From Octopus vulgaris (taxonomy: Eukaryota), in assembly GCA_951406725.2 (NCBI GenBank), contig OX597836.1:40362001-40426000 (forward strand): DNA of 64,000 nt. Direction: 5' to 3'. The notes under the pieces are model-generated. The model saw only the letters and a list, made by a program, of their open reading frames with translations. It was not told the origin of the DNA and made no database searches. Shown in pieces: positions 12,436-27,341 of the stretch; the stretch's first letter is position 1; each line of letters begins with the position of its first letter. The translations under genes and the position numbers were made by a program.

Positions 12436-12893
12436 ATGTATGCATATATATATATATATTTGTTCCTGTGTACATATATATGTCAATGTATGTATGTATG
12501 TATGTATGTATGTATGTATGTATGTACGTATGTATGTATTAATTCGGATACAGCATGCCCAAAGGATAAAGAAGTTCGCTTTGGAGTCGCGAGGTCCCTG
12601 GGTTCGTTTCTCGTGCGTGATATCTTCACAAAATACTTTTACTATAATCACAGATCGATTCAGATTAGTTTCATAGAAACTGTACGGAAACCCGCTGCGA
12701 TGGAGCGGACCAGTGATTCGAAGATTGACACTCGATTCTGCTTCAAAATTACATTAACGGGTCCACGTGTCCGCGGAATACTCCGCCACATGCAGACATC
12801 CCAGCTGATCAAAACTTCAAGACTCATTGGCGAAACGGACGAAGATAGAGTGTATAGGAAAGTATACGTATACATTATGCGTGTGTGTGTGTA

Positions 12894-12933
<40 letters not shown>

Positions 12934-12993
12934 TGTGTGTCTGTGTGCGTGCGTGCATGTGTGTAAGTGTGTGTGTGGATCTATTTATATATG

Positions 12994-13038
<45 letters not shown>

Positions 13039-13270
13039 GTGTGTGTGTGTTTGTGTGGTGTGTGGTGCAGGTGCGACCGTGCGGCTTCGCAGGTTTAGTC
13101 CTACTGTGCGCACCTTGGGCAGGTGTCTACTATTATGGCCCCAGGCCGATCAAAGCCTTGTCAGTGGATTTGGTAGATGGAAACTGTACCCTGTGTCATA
13201 TATACTGTATGTAAATATTTCTATATCTATCTGAGTACATATATACAAATATATATATATATATATATAT

Positions 13271-13489
13271 CAGTGGTTTTCAACCAGGGTTCCGCGGAAC
13301 CTTAGGGTTCCGCCAGTACAGTCCAGGGGTTCCGCAAGAAGTTACAAAACTGCTAAAATCGGCAGTAATTTTTAATTCTCCTGTGCAGATATGTGTGCAT
13401 AAGACAATTAAATTATTGCACAGGGGTTCCCCGAGCCAGTGGAATGTTTCCTTGGGGTTCTGCTCCAGTAAAAAGTTTGAAAAGCACTG
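13271..13489. mobile_element. hAT (Charlie-like) MITE inserted in (TA)n
   Basis: TIRs cagtggttttcaa / ttgaaaagcactg, repeated subterminal gggttcc motifs, atatatat on both sides. Confidence 0.85.
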
Positions 13490-13544
13490 ATATATATATA
13501 TATATATACACAAATATATATAAATATATATATATATATATACA

Positions 13545-13575
<31 letters not shown>

Positions 13576-13944
13576 TCATATATATGCACACACATACCGA
13601 CACACGTTCTCACACTCACACACATAAATGTATATATGCATGCATGTATATATGTATGTGTGTGGTGTCTGTATGTATGTGCGTATGTATGTATCTATGT
13701 ATGTATGTATGTATGTATGTATGAATGTATGTATATAAGAAATTTCTTGCATATATGATTGATTATATGTGTATGTAAGTATACCCGCATTGACACTAAG
13801 CGTTTGTTTGCTTTCTTTTAAAGGGGGGGGGTAAACTCAGTCCTTCAGAAATTTAACTTGTATAGTATTTAGTATAACTTTATTTGAGATTGGGGGGGGG
13901 ATTTCTTCAGATTTATGTCGATGGCCACTCATTTTTTTCTCTCA

Positions 13945-13982
<38 letters not shown>

Positions 13983-14018
13983 TTGCACACACACATATGT
14001 ATGTATATAGTGGATATC

Positions 14019-14359
<341 letters not shown>

Positions 14360-14375
14360 GTTTTAAATGAAATAT

Positions 14376-14559
14376 AGGAGTGGATGCGTGATAAGAAGCT
14401 TGCTTCCCAACCACATGGTTTCGGGTTCAGTCCCACAGCGTGGCACCTTGGACCGGTGTCTTCTTCTACGACCTCGGCGCGACCAAAGCCTTGTGAGTGG
14501 ATTTGGTAGACGGAACCTTAAAGAAGCCTGTCGTATATGTATGCTTTGTGTGTGTGTGC

Positions 14560-14597
<38 letters not shown>

Positions 14598-14809
14598 GTA
14601 TGTCTGTGTTTGTCCCCACACCACCATCGCTTGACAACCGACGCTGGTGTGTTTACGTCCCCGTAACATTAGCGGTTCGGCAAAAGTGACAGATCGAATA
14701 AGTAGTAGGCTTAAAAAGAATAAGTCTTGGGGTCGATTTGTTCGACTAAAGACGGTGCTCCAGCATGGCTGCAATCAAATGACTGAAACAAGTAAAAGAA
14801 CAAAAGAAT
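14376..14809 (+). mobile_element. SINE family B, full length
   Basis: Head ggagtgg...aaccacatggtttcgggttcagtccc, internal (TG)n, tail gactgaaacaagtaaaaga. Confidence 0.9.
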
Positions 14810-15294
14810 CTCTACCTCTCTCTCTTCTCTCCCCATGTGACCGGTATTCGGCCAAGCCTGACCTTTCTTAGTTCAACTACCATCCGTGCAACATCTATAT
14901 TTCTCACTGTGCCTGTCAAATCCTATGTTCTGGACGTAAGGCTTTACTTCCACACACGCCAGCTTAATTTAATTCGTCCTTAGTCGAAAGACACCCGTTG
15001 TTAGTGTCCTGTTATTTGTATTTGTGTACCATTTCTCCGTTTTATATTGCGTCCTTTTTTTGTATACATTCACTGCTTTCTTCCAAGGAATCTAGTGCTC
15101 TTAGCTTAGTTTTTCCTTGGGGCTGGCCAGATTGGACCCATCTCGAGTATAACCAGCCGAAATAGCAAAGACAATTTGGAACTCGACTGAGGAAAGAAAA
15201 ATTCCGAATGACCCGTCCTTCTTTTCTTTGTATCGTCTGTTTGGATGTTTTGCGCTCTTGTCCCATTTTGTATGTTTATGTATTATATATATAT

Positions 15295-15329
<35 letters not shown>

Positions 15330-15338
15330 CAGAGAGAC

Positions 15339-15373
<35 letters not shown>

Positions 15374-15509
15374 CAGAGAGAGAGAGAGGGAGAGACAGAG
15401 ACAGAGACAGGCAGAGACATGGAAAATGCCACTTGTATTTGAACACTATACAAATATTCTTTTAAAAAAAAAATTTCTTTTAATTTTTCTAAATTTAATT
15501 ATTTAATTG

Positions 15510-15551
15510 TTACAGTTGAAAAAGTCTCAATGACTGAAACCGGTACTGAAA
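15510..15551 (+). ncRNA. Minimal type-I hammerhead, U3:A8 core variant
   Basis: ttacag-UUGAAAA-agtc(tcaat)gact-GAAA-ccgg-UA-ctgaaa: 4-bp stem II, palindromic ACCGGU stem III, predicted cut after 15545. Confidence 0.65.
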
Positions 15552-15734
15552 TGCTTTTTATAAAGTTATTTTAGCATTTTCTATCTTGACTTTTTTTCCC
15601 ATATATATATATGGATCTCTGAGCCCCCAGATGCAACTGTTGGATTTATAACACCTTAATTCCTCCCCTTCAATTTTCTCTGTCGTTTGTACTCTGTGTC
15701 AGTTGGATCTATTAAGATAAATATCTATTTATAA

Positions 15735-15952
15735 GGCGGCGAGCTGGCAGAAACGTTAGCGCACCGGGCGAAATGCTTAACATTAGACGTTCTGTGTTCA
15801 AATTCCGCTGAGGTCGACTTTGCCTTTCATCCTTTCGGAGTCGATAAATTAAGTACCAGTTACGCACTGGGGTCGATATAATCGACTTAATCCGTTTGTC
15901 TGTCTTTGTTTGTCCCCTCTATGTTTAGCTCCTTGTGGGCAGTAAAGAAATA
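15735..15952 (+). mobile_element. SINE family A
   Basis: Matches 366-596 with a small internal deletion. A partial minus-strand copy lies at 16237-16387. Confidence 0.85.
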
Positions 15953-16412
15953 TATAAATATTTATATATTTATATTTAAATATTCATCGTCTGAAACGCC
16001 CTGCCTTTTGCTTCCTCTCGTTTTTTGCATCTATACATATATACATGATTTGCATTTCATACCCAAGGTGTTATATTTAATATATCTAATTTGTTTATTT
16101 GCATAGCTGCCCCCATTCTTGCTCAATTTGATCCCTCTTAGAGCCATTCTTTACCCCGCGGATTTGATGCTCTTTAAAGACATCGGAGTCTACGTTCGAA
16201 TCATTTGAGCAGTAGTGTCTTCTATAATGAGAATCTTATTTCTTTATTGCCCACAAGGGGCTAAACATAGAGGGGGAAAACAAGGACAAACGGATTAAGG
16301 CGATTACATTGACCCCAGTGCGTAACTGGTACTTAATTTATCGACACCGAAAGGATGAAAGGCAAAGTCGACCTCGGCGGAATTTGAGAATCTCTGGTTC
16401 TCATCTGTTGGC

Positions 16413-16477
<65 letters not shown>

Positions 16478-16614
16478 GTGTGCGTGTTCATATGTTCCCA
16501 CATATGTCAACAGTGTTTACATAGTAATGTGACACTGGTAATTGGAAGCTTGACGGAAATCAACGACTTTCACAGATCCGCACTCGCAACATACACACAT
16601 GAACACATACGTAG

Positions 16615-16673
<59 letters not shown>

Positions 16674-16746
16674 CACACTCATTCACTTGAACACGTGCAT
16701 ACATTAGAATGCCAGCAGGAGGTCTTAGTGGTGGTGTGAATACATG

Positions 16747-16783
<37 letters not shown>

Positions 16784-16884
16784 ATACACATATATATATA
16801 TATATGCGTGTGTGTGTATATATACATATGTGTGTGTACGTATATATATATATATGTATATATATATGTGTGTATATATATATG

Positions 16885-16993
<109 letters not shown>

Positions 16994-17004
16994 GTATATA
17001 TATA

Positions 17005-17035
<31 letters not shown>

Positions 17036-17124
17036 GTATATATATGTCAGTATGTGACCTCTTGAGTACCACCGGCGATTTTTTTTCCTCTGTCTTCCCT
17101 TCTCGGGATCTTTCCTTCTCCTAT

Positions 17125-17159
17125 GTTTCCGACGAAGAGCTCCGCTCGAAACGTTAAAC
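17125..17159 (+). ncRNA. Minimal type-I hammerhead (U4C) within an about 210-bp element (about 17045-17255) flanked by TA-rich microsatellites
   Basis: gttt-CCGACGA-a-gagc(tcc)gctc-GAAA-cg-UU-aaac: palindromic ACGU stem III, predicted cut after 17155. A decayed relative lies at 18013-18045. Confidence 0.75.
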
Positions 17160-17308
17160 CCTCATTCTTTCCTTCTTTCCTGAGCATCCAATAATACTTT
17201 ATTTGTTCCACGTCCTTGCGTTGTTGTTTTTTTTATTTTCTTGTTTGGATTAACTATATATATGTATGTATATATATGTGCATATATATATGTATATATA
17301 TGTATATA

Positions 17309-17341
<33 letters not shown>

Positions 17342-17864
17342 GGCTGTGTGGTGGGAAGCTTGCTTGCCAACCACATGGGTTCAGTCCCACTGCGTGGCAT
17401 CTTGAGCAAGTGTCTTCTATTATAGTCACAGGCCGATCGAAGCCTCTCGAGATGATTTGTTAGACGTATATATGTATGTGTGTGTGTCTGTGTGTGTGTG
17501 TGCGTGTGTGTGTGTGTATGTGTGTGTGTGTGTCCTTCACCACCGCTTGACAGCCCTTGTTGATTAGTTTACCTGGCCGTTATGTAGGGGTTTCGTCAAA
17601 GATACTGATAGAGTAAGTACCAGCTTTTAATAAAAAAATTTCTGGGGATGCAAGGTGGTGCCCCAGCATGGCCGCCGTTTAATGCCTAAAAACAAGTAAA
17701 AAACGAAATGTGCGCGCGCGCGTGCGCGAACACGAATCGTAATGGAATTATGAGTACTTTTAGTCGACAACTGATGAGGAATGAGCTTGTCCATGTTCTA
17801 TGTGTGCGTCAAGTCCTCGTGTTTATTTGTCGTCTTTCTGTGCAACGTTTTATTTTTATATATA

Positions 17865-17949
<85 letters not shown>

Positions 17950-18344
17950 GTGTAGTTATACACTTGCGCTAATGGCGGTTTCTTTTCCTTATTTGGACTT
18001 TTTCATTTCCCCTTTCCGACGAAGACTTATGCTAGAAACATCAAAAAATCATTCCTTGTGCCTGAATTACCTGAATTGATTCTAAACGTAGAGTAGATGA
18101 AACAAAGGCGACTGAAGAAGGGGTTTTTTCCTTGTGTTATTTGTTCTGTACTCTATTTTTTTGTTGTTTAAGAAAAATGTCCAGTTCCTTGGGTTTGTGT
18201 CTATGTTTTCGTTTCTCATTGTGTTCGACGTTCTTTTGGTGTCCTGTACCCATATATGCATGTATATATACATGTAGAGGTTGGTACGTACATATATGTA
18301 TGTATATATATATGCATATGTTTTATTTATTAATATATTATATG

Positions 18345-18415
<71 letters not shown>

Positions 18416-18969
18416 ATGTGTGTGTGTGTGCGCTCTCGCGCGCGATGAGCTTCTGTCAGCCCGGGGCTATAGTAGAAGACACTTGCTCAAGGATCCACGC
18501 TGTGGGACTGAAACTGGAACCTTGTGGTTGGGAAGCAAACGTTTTACCTGACAGTCACGCTGTTTCAGTCATAAAAAAAACTAGTATTCAAGCCGATTTG
18601 ATCGAGCAGATCCTTGAAGACGGCGTCCCAAAATGGACGCAGTTCAATAAGTGAAACAGAGAAAAGAATTTACAGAATGTTTCTGCTGATCGATTTTTAA
18701 ATGCCGGCATCCCATCTGGCGCAGGAAGGAACACAAGATAACACCTGTGTATTCAACGAGCGTTACCTGACACAGTATATTCAGCTTGGAATATGTGGCG
18801 TCGGACGAACGATTGCGGATTAAGTATTTGTATTCACGTTCAGACATATCTTTGAGTCTTTGAGTAAATTATTTTAAGTGGCCGCATATAGCTTCTTTTC
18901 TTTTGAACTTGTCACACCTTGGAACACACAAACACACTCACTCACACACGCACAAACTCACACGCATAT

Positions 18970-19007
<38 letters not shown>

Positions 19008-19242
19008 TAATAAATAAAATATATGCATACATACAAACATATATGTACGTACCTACATCTACATGTATATATACATGCATATATAAATATATATACGTAA
19101 ATACAGGACACCACAAAAAGACGGAGAACTCAACAGAAACGAAAACGGAAAAGCCATTTTGTTACAACAGAAAAACAAGGCACAGGACATGCTATACAAG
19201 GAAAAATCCCCTTCATCAGCTGTCACTAGTAGACTTAATATT

Positions 19243-19297
<55 letters not shown>

Positions 19298-20067
19298 AAC
19301 ATGTATATATATTCTTTTACGTGTTTCAGTCATTTGACTGCGGCCATGCAGGAGTACCGCCTTGAAGGGTTTTTAGCTAAACCAATCGACCCCACCACTT
19401 ATTTTTTAAGCCTAGTACTTAATCTATCTGTCTATTTTGCTGAACCGCTATATACAACAACATCGGTTGTCAAGCGGTGATGGGGGGACAAACACACACA
19501 CACACAAATACACACATATAGATGAACAGAGAGAGAGAGAAAGAGAGAAAGAGGCGTATATATCTTGCTTTTACGTTTTCTAGTCACTGGACTGTGGCCA
19601 AACTAGAGCACCGCTTTGGAGGTTTAATCTGACAAATTGACCCCCGTATTTATTTTTTAAACCAGATACTTATCCTACCGCTCCATTATGCCGAACTGCT
19701 AAGTTACTGGTATGAAACCATGTGGAACCAAGTGATTGAGAAGTTAAAACTTGCCACACAGCCAAACCTATACATACATACGTACATACATACATAACAT
19801 ACTTAATCACACACATATACATACACACACACAAACGTACGTACATACATACATACATACATACATACTTAATACATACATACATACATACATTTTGATA
19901 GAAATGGTAAGACAACAAAAGAATGAAAGGGACCTCGATATTATGTAAATAGAGGAATTTATCTGTAAAATTAGGGGTCATTCCAATAGCTCTTTTGTCT
20001 TAATAACGGTCAATCACACAGTAATTTCCCTTTGTTTAACGGTCATTTTCATAGCATTTTTTTCGAT

Positions 20068-20139
20068 GGCCAGATAACTGAAGAGATGGCGGCGTGGGTT
20101 TCCGCCCCGACATCCGAAACTCGGAGTTTTATCATGGCT
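20068..20139 (+). ncRNA. Type-I hammerhead ribozyme with canonical core and long stem I
   Basis: ggccagataa-CUGAAGA-gatg...catcc-GAAA-cucggag-UU-ttatcatggct: 10-bp stem I with one bulge, stem III ACUC-g-GAGU, predicted GUU cut after 20128. Confidence 0.8.
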
Positions 20140-20972
20140 ACCGAATAATTGTCACATATTAATTTTACATACATTATTTATATGAAGATACATGCTTGCC
20201 ATGTATATTACAACTAATTGGTGTCACTCGCCGAATTTATTTCCTCACAACCTTTTGAAAAATGCGTCTTTCTTTAACGAAATTTGGCAGAGATACGTTT
20301 TCCAAGTTCTAGGTTACAATTATGCTGATAAGATTTCAGGAAAAAAAAAGAAATTGTTGCGTGGAGGAATTTTGGATCTTTCAAAGGATTTCGTAACCAT
20401 CAATTTCCATATCTTTAGCGATTTCTGCCGTTTTATTCTATTCAGATTATGCTTAATATATCTGCTTTATGTAATCTACAGAATCTCTTTAAAATATGAA
20501 TTTTGCAAAGAATTATGAAGAATCAAAGTCAGAGTGAGGGGGGAGGGGGATCGGAAAACCCTTAACTTTTTTTTTTTTTTATATTTATGTCATCATCATA
20601 ATTCTAAGCCACACCCAAGAATTCGTACTTCTGCTACGTTTTCTTTCGAAAATATGTACTTTTCAGAAATTATTAGGAAACAAAGTCGTGAGGACACCTA
20701 ATTTGTAGTTACGCACACACACAAACACACACATTCACACAGACGCGCGCACACACTCACACACACACACACACACGCATATATATATATATTAATCGAA
20801 GTTTACAATATTATATATCCATAATGCTGTACTTTTCGATTAATGAACCCACTCTAATGACAGATATGCGAGTGCATTTTTTTCTTGACTTATGGACTCT
20901 TAGACGGCTTACACACGCATAGACACACACACACACACACGCATACACACACGCACAAAACATATATATATA

Positions 20973-21389
20973 TAGGCGCAGGAGTGGCTGTGTGGTAAGT
21001 AGCTTGCTAACCAACCACATGGTTCCGGGTTCAGTCCCACTGCGTGGCACCTTGGGCAAGTGTCTTCTACTATAGCTCCGGGCCGACCAATGTCTTGTGA
21101 GTGGATTTGGTAGACGGAAACTGAAAGAAGCCCGTCGTATATATGTATATATATATATTTGTGTGCGTGTATGTTTGTGTGTCTGTGTTTGTTCCCCTAG
21201 CATTGCTTGACAACCGATGCTGGTGTGATGTCCCCGTCACTTAGCGGTTCGGCAAAAGAGACCGATAGAATAAGTACTGGGCTTACAAAAGAATAAGTCC
21301 CGGGGTTGATTTGCTCGACTAAAGGCGGTGCTCCAGCATGGCCGCAGTCAAATGACTGAAACAAGTAAAAGAGTAAAAGAGTAAAAGAA
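20973..21389 (+). mobile_element. SINE family B, full-length reference copy
   Basis: tRNA-like head ggcgcaggagtggctgtgtggtaag...gggttcagtccc, internal (TA)/(TG) tract, 3' (gtaaaaga)n tail. Confidence 0.92.
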
Positions 21390-22321
21390 TATATCATTTA
21401 TTTATGCGCCCTTTTCAAGCCTAGACAGGCTCATGGGCCTGATTTCCCGGTTTCTATTGCGTATGCGTTCCCCCCAGTTGGACGGGATGCCAGTCCATCG
21501 CAGCGTTTAATCTACAACTTGAGAAAATTTGATTTAAGCTGAGACATTCTCCCTATAGATATGGAATCAAGGAGACACCTGTACTTTGATGGAACGGTTT
21601 TCGGTTTTTGAGAAGACCTTAACTCTAAAAATAAAGACAAAAACAGCCGAAAAGAGTCCTAACTGGATCTGGTCTGGTCAAGAAAGAAAGAGAGGAGACT
21701 TCAGGAGGCATAATTGTGCCTCCTGAGGCACATGGCAACATCTAAGACAACTGGTGTCTTAGACTGAAGTGTTTACAACATCTAAGACAATTTGCTTTGG
21801 AGCACTTGTCCATCTAGAAAAATGCATGTTTACACATGATCTCCTAGAGAGGTGTTTATGTGTGCATGGGAGAGAGAGAGAGAGAGAGAGAGAGTAGTGG
21901 GGGAGGGGAGATTTGTGATTGTGAAGCAGAGAATTGAAAGGAGAGATAAAAAGTAAGAAGTAAATACGTAGAGAAAGAAGAGGGGGGAAAAGGAAGGGAA
22001 GGTAAAAGGTGGTTGTAAAAGAAGGCAGAAGTAGGGTTTTATGTATGATTAAACAATGTGAGAACATAAATCTGTGCTGGATAAGTTATGTAGGTGGGTA
22101 GGTAAGGAGGGAAGGAAGGAAATGGGGGAAGGAAGGAGAGAAGGAGGGAGGTCTGGTCAATGTCTCCTGACCAATATCTATGTGTGGTGCGTGTGTGTGT
22201 GTGTGTGTGTACTTCTATACATGTGCGTAGACATGTAGATATAAAAATAGAACAATAACGCAATAGAGAGCATTAAAACGTTCGGACAAAAAGACGATAC
22301 ATACATATATATGTGTATATG

Positions 22322-22474
<153 letters not shown>

Positions 22475-22561
22475 ATGTATATATACACACACACACACAC
22501 ACACAAACACATACATCTATTTATGCAGATATATGAATATGAGTATATATGTATGCATAGC

Positions 22562-22601
<40 letters not shown>

Positions 22602-22760
22602 AGAGTGAGATATATATATCTATATACATTATATATTATAGAGTGAGATCGGTGCCTTTGCACATACATACATACATACACGCATAAATACATATATCCT
22701 TACTTATATACATACACACACACATGCATACATACATACATACATACATACATACATACA

Positions 22761-22794
<34 letters not shown>

Positions 22795-23235
22795 CACGCA
22801 TACATACATTTATACTTACATATATACATACACACACATACATAGATACATACATACATATATACTTACATATGCACATACACACACATACATACACACA
22901 CACACATACATACATACATACATACATACATACATACACACCGTCACATACACGTACGGCTACATCTAAGTAGACAGTTTAATACGTTGATACCATCAAC
23001 GTCCTCTCAAGATTAAAACTTTGTTTATTATTAAAACAAAGCAAAAACAAAAACCAAAACAAACAAAAAACATAAAAAAAAAATCTCGTTGTTGATCATC
23101 TTTCATATTGTTTCCGCTTCATTTCTACCGAATTTCACACTTGAAGGGATTTCGACAGAGAGAAAGGAAAGGACGAGGGTTCGTGCGGGATTTGAATCGA
23201 TTTTTCTTATTTTTATTTTTTGAACTCGATTTCTG

Positions 23236-23333
<98 letters not shown>

Positions 23334-23464
23334 TTTTCAACTGCACATTAAGAATCCAGTTCAGATTTCAAACTGACCATGGCATTTACCCTGAAGATAA
23401 TCCAACTGTTGTTGTTAGTGGTGATGGTTATGGTGCTGATGATGTTGGTGATGGTGTTGTTGCT

Positions 23465-23867
23465 GTTTGTTTGTTTGTTTGTTTGTTGAGCGAAGCGGTC
23501 TTCGTCCCAGAGCTCGCAAGATCGCGCCTCTGTAGTGAGAAAAGTTCGAATCGTGGTCCTTTGCTATTCGTAAGACCCGCAGAAGAGAAAGCAGGTCAAA
23601 CAGCCGACACCGAGAGCATCGACGGATGGATGAATGCGCATCCAGGCTCAGCGGTTCCGTAGGAAGTCGGGGGCAAGAAACAGGAAGAAAGAGTGAGAGA
23701 AAGTTGGGGCGAAAGAGTACAAAAGGGGTCGCCACCACCCCCTGCCGGGGCCTCGTGGAGGTTTAGGTGTATTCGCTCAATAAACACACACAACGCCCGG
23801 TCTGGGAATCGAAACCGCGATCCTCCGACAGCCAGTCCGCTACCCTAACCATTGGGCCATTGCACCT
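23465..23867 (-). mobile_element. SINE family C with tail type 3
   Basis: Family C head joined to a tail ending gaagaccgcttcgctcaac(aaac)n. Homologous to 26041-26410. Confidence 0.85.
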
Positions 23868-24044
23868 CCTTGTTGTTGCTGTTGGTGTTGGTGGTCGTCG
23901 TCGTGACGAAGATGATATTGCTGTTTTTGTTGCTGCTGTATTTATTGTCACAATAGTTGTAGTCCCAGGTTGGCTGGGGTAAACCAGCAGCAGTAGTAAC
24001 AGCTGGGATGAGGTGAATGTGTGGTGGATGTGGTACTTTTGGTG

Positions 24045-24108
<64 letters not shown>

Positions 24109-24313
24109 TAGCAGCAGTTGTTGTTGTTGGTTTGTAGCAATAGTAAAAGCATTAGCAGTTGAGTTACGTGGATGATATTGAAGTAAGTACCAGTTGAATA
24201 CCGAGGCCGATGTAATCGACTTATCCCCTCCCCCCACCCAAAATTGCTGGCATTGTGCCAAAATTTGAAATCGACATTAGTATTAGTAGTTGAGTTGTTG
24301 CTGTTTTTGTGCA

Positions 24314-24735
24314 AAGCCACAGTCGAACCAATTCTACTATATGGCTCAGAAACATGGACGTTATCAAAGAAGCTTGAGAGGCGGTTGGATGGAACCTACA
24401 CTCGCCTCCTTATCAGAGCTCAAAATCTCTCGTGGAAGCGCCATCCAACCAAAATGCAAATATATGGGAAACTACCACCTGTGTCATCTCTTGTGAAAGG
24501 TAGGAGAGTCCAGTTTGCTGGACATTGTTGTAGAGCTGAAAAGGAGGTAATTTCTCCTCTTCTCCTCTGGAAGCCAGAGGCCAGAGGGCGCACACTCTCC
24601 TACCCTGATGTAATCTCCAGGGATACAGGCATCCAGCAACAGGACCTCCGTAATGCCATGATGGACCGTGAAGTCTGGCGTAGCATGGTAAGTTCCATTG
24701 TCTCGACCACGGTCGAACAATGATGAATGATGATG
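24314..24735 (+). mobile_element. 5'-truncated RTE-clade LINE (RT C-terminal region), ORF remnant ending at 24723
   Basis: Translation KATVEPILLYGSETWTLSKKLERRLDGTYTRLL...RRVQFAGHCCR...AMMDREVWR is typical of the RTE-type RT C-terminus. Short (tga)n tail and TSD ttgtgca at 24307-24313 / 24736-24742. Confidence 0.9.
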
Positions 24736-24789
24736 TTGTGCAGATTTATACGCTAATTCAACGTGGTTAGTCTACATCACTCCGTAAGG

Positions 24790-24992
24790 AGCATAGGGGC
24801 GGTTTCCCGGTTTCTGTGACGTATATATTCCTCCCTGGATGAGACGCCGGTTCGTCGAAAGATTACTCACTTTTGCCAGCTAAATGAACTGGAGCGATGT
24901 GAAATGAAGTGTTTTGCTAAAAAAAGACAACATATCGCCCGTTTCGGGAATCGAAACCACAATTGTACGATCATGAGTCCGGCACCCTCACC

Positions 24993-24993
<1 letters not shown>
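24790..24993 (-). mobile_element. SINE family D, diverged
   Basis: Shares ...aaaacacttcatttcac.tcgctccagttca... and gaaaccgggaaacc with 52290-52525. Confidence 0.7.
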
Positions 24994-25039
<46 letters not shown>

Positions 25040-25061
25040 CATATATATATATATACATATA

Positions 25062-25093
<32 letters not shown>

Positions 25094-25103
25094 CATATAT
25101 ATA

Positions 25104-25229
<126 letters not shown>

Positions 25230-26040
25230 GCACCTCCTAATTCAATAAGTAGTTCAGATGATCGAACAGTGGCTGAATAGTCATCGTCGAAACCGATGGA
25301 GGTCCGTTAATCTAGAGAAAAGGTCACAATGTTGTGTAGAGGTGGGAGAGAGACGGCGGGGGAAAGTTGTTCAAATCGATCGATCCTCGTACTTGACCTT
25401 AACAGGAATTGAACTCAGATCGACCGGAGACAGGTGTAAATATCACAACACATTTTGTCTGACGCTCCGCCGATTCTGTCTCACCGCCACCACCTTCTCT
25501 ACCGTCATCGATTGCGTTACTTCGCCTCTACTGCCATCCCCTCCACTCCATCCCCTTCCGCAACAACCACTACACACCACTTTTCAGCTATTACCTCTAC
25601 TGTCACAACCACCACCACCACTACCACAGTAACACAGATATACCACCACCGCTATCACTGCCTTGACAACAACTCCAGCCCCCATGACTACAGCCACCGC
25701 CGCCACAACCCCCCACCACTACTATAACCTTACCACCAACATTATCACAACTACCACCACCACCACCACTACAGCTGCAACCAACACCACTACAACTACT
25801 ACTACTACTACAACCACCAAACCACCACAAACAACAATACCGTCATAACCACCACTACCAACACCACCACTACAGCCACCGTCACCACTTCAGTAACAAC
25901 CAGCACTACTACAACCAACACAACCACTACAGCTACTACCACGACCATCACCAACGTCAATAACAACAACACCAAACTATAACCGCCACCACCAACAACA
26001 ACAACACCAACACTAACACCAGCCAGCACAGCAACAACAG

Positions 26041-26410
26041 TGGAGACGCAATGGCCCAATGGTTAGGGTAGCGAACTCGCGGTCGGAGGATCGCGGTTTC
26101 GATTCCCAGACCGGGCGTTGTGTGTGTTTATTGAGCGAATACACCTAAAGCTCCAAGAGGTTCCGTCAGGGAGGGGGGCGACCCCTGTTGTACTCTTTTG
26201 CTCCAACTTTCTCTCACTCTTTCTTCCTGTTTCTTCTCCCCGACTTCCTACGCAACCGCTGAGCCTGGATGTGCATTCATCCATCCGTCGATGCTCTCGC
26301 TGTCAGGGGTTGACCTGCTTTCTCTTCTGCGGGTTTTACGAATAGCAAAGGACCACGTTTCGGACTTCTCCCACTAATGGGACGAAGACCGTTTCGCTCA
26401 ACAAACAAAC
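26041..26410 (+). mobile_element. SINE family C with tail type 3
   Basis: Head ggagacgcaatggcccaatggttaggg...ggtttcgattcccagaccgggcg, tail as in 23465-23867. Confidence 0.88.
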
Positions 26411-26937
26411 AACAATAACAATATCACTGCTATCAACCACAACACCATAGCCAGCACCAACAACACTACGACCCACACCAACAATACTAACACCAGACGC
26501 CACCAGCACCACCAATACCACCGCCATCCCCTCTTCATTATTCCAATATTGCTGACTTCCATAATTCATGATTAACGACTTCTTCACCTCTGACATTTGT
26601 CACTGAAAGAAAAACAAGTAAACAGAAATGAAAAAAAAAAAACATTGATGGAATGATTGAATGATGGAATTATGCGATAGTGCAACGGTTGAACGGTACG
26701 GTGACAGAATGTCAGAATAGCGGAATGATGGAATGACTTGTTAACTTCGTTTGGCATCGATTTTACATATTTTATAGCGATTTCCCAGCAATCGGTCGTC
26801 AATTTTCACAACGTTGTTGGCACCTAAAATTTATGATTACCCGTAACTACCCATAACTTACTATAACCACTGGTAACAACTCACAACCACCCTTAATTCA
26901 CTTATAATGACCATCACCACTTATAGTTTGTTTATGA

Positions 26938-27341
26938 GTGGCGAGCTGGCAGAAACGACTGCACGCCGGTCGAAATGCTTATCGGTATTCCGTCTGCCGC
27001 TAGGTTCTGAGTTCGAATTCCGCCGAGGTCGACTTTGCCTTTCATCCTTTCAGGGTTGATAAAATAAGTACCAGTTACGCACTGGGGTCGATATAATCGA
27101 CTTGATCCCTTTGTCTGTCCTTGTTTGTCCTCTCTGTGTTTAGCCCCTTGTGGGTAATAAAGAAATAGGTATTTCGTCTGCCGCTACGTTCTGAGTTCGA
27201 ATTCCGCCGAGGTCGACTTTACCTCTCATCCTTTCGGGGTCGATTAAATAAGTACCAGCTATGCACTGGGGTCGATGTAATCGACTTAATCTATTTGTTT
27301 GTCCCCTCTGTGTGTAGTCCTTTGAGGGCAGTAAAGAAATA
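26938..27341 (+). mobile_element. SINE family A, head plus two tandem bodies
   Basis: The second body starts at the junction aagaaataggtatttcgtctgccg (about 27160-27185). Confidence 0.88.

Noticed and set aside
20973-21050. tRNA-like sequences at SINE heads (families A-D)
   Set aside because: A/B-box similarity only, fused to SINE bodies, with no complete cloverleaf. Not called as tRNA genes.
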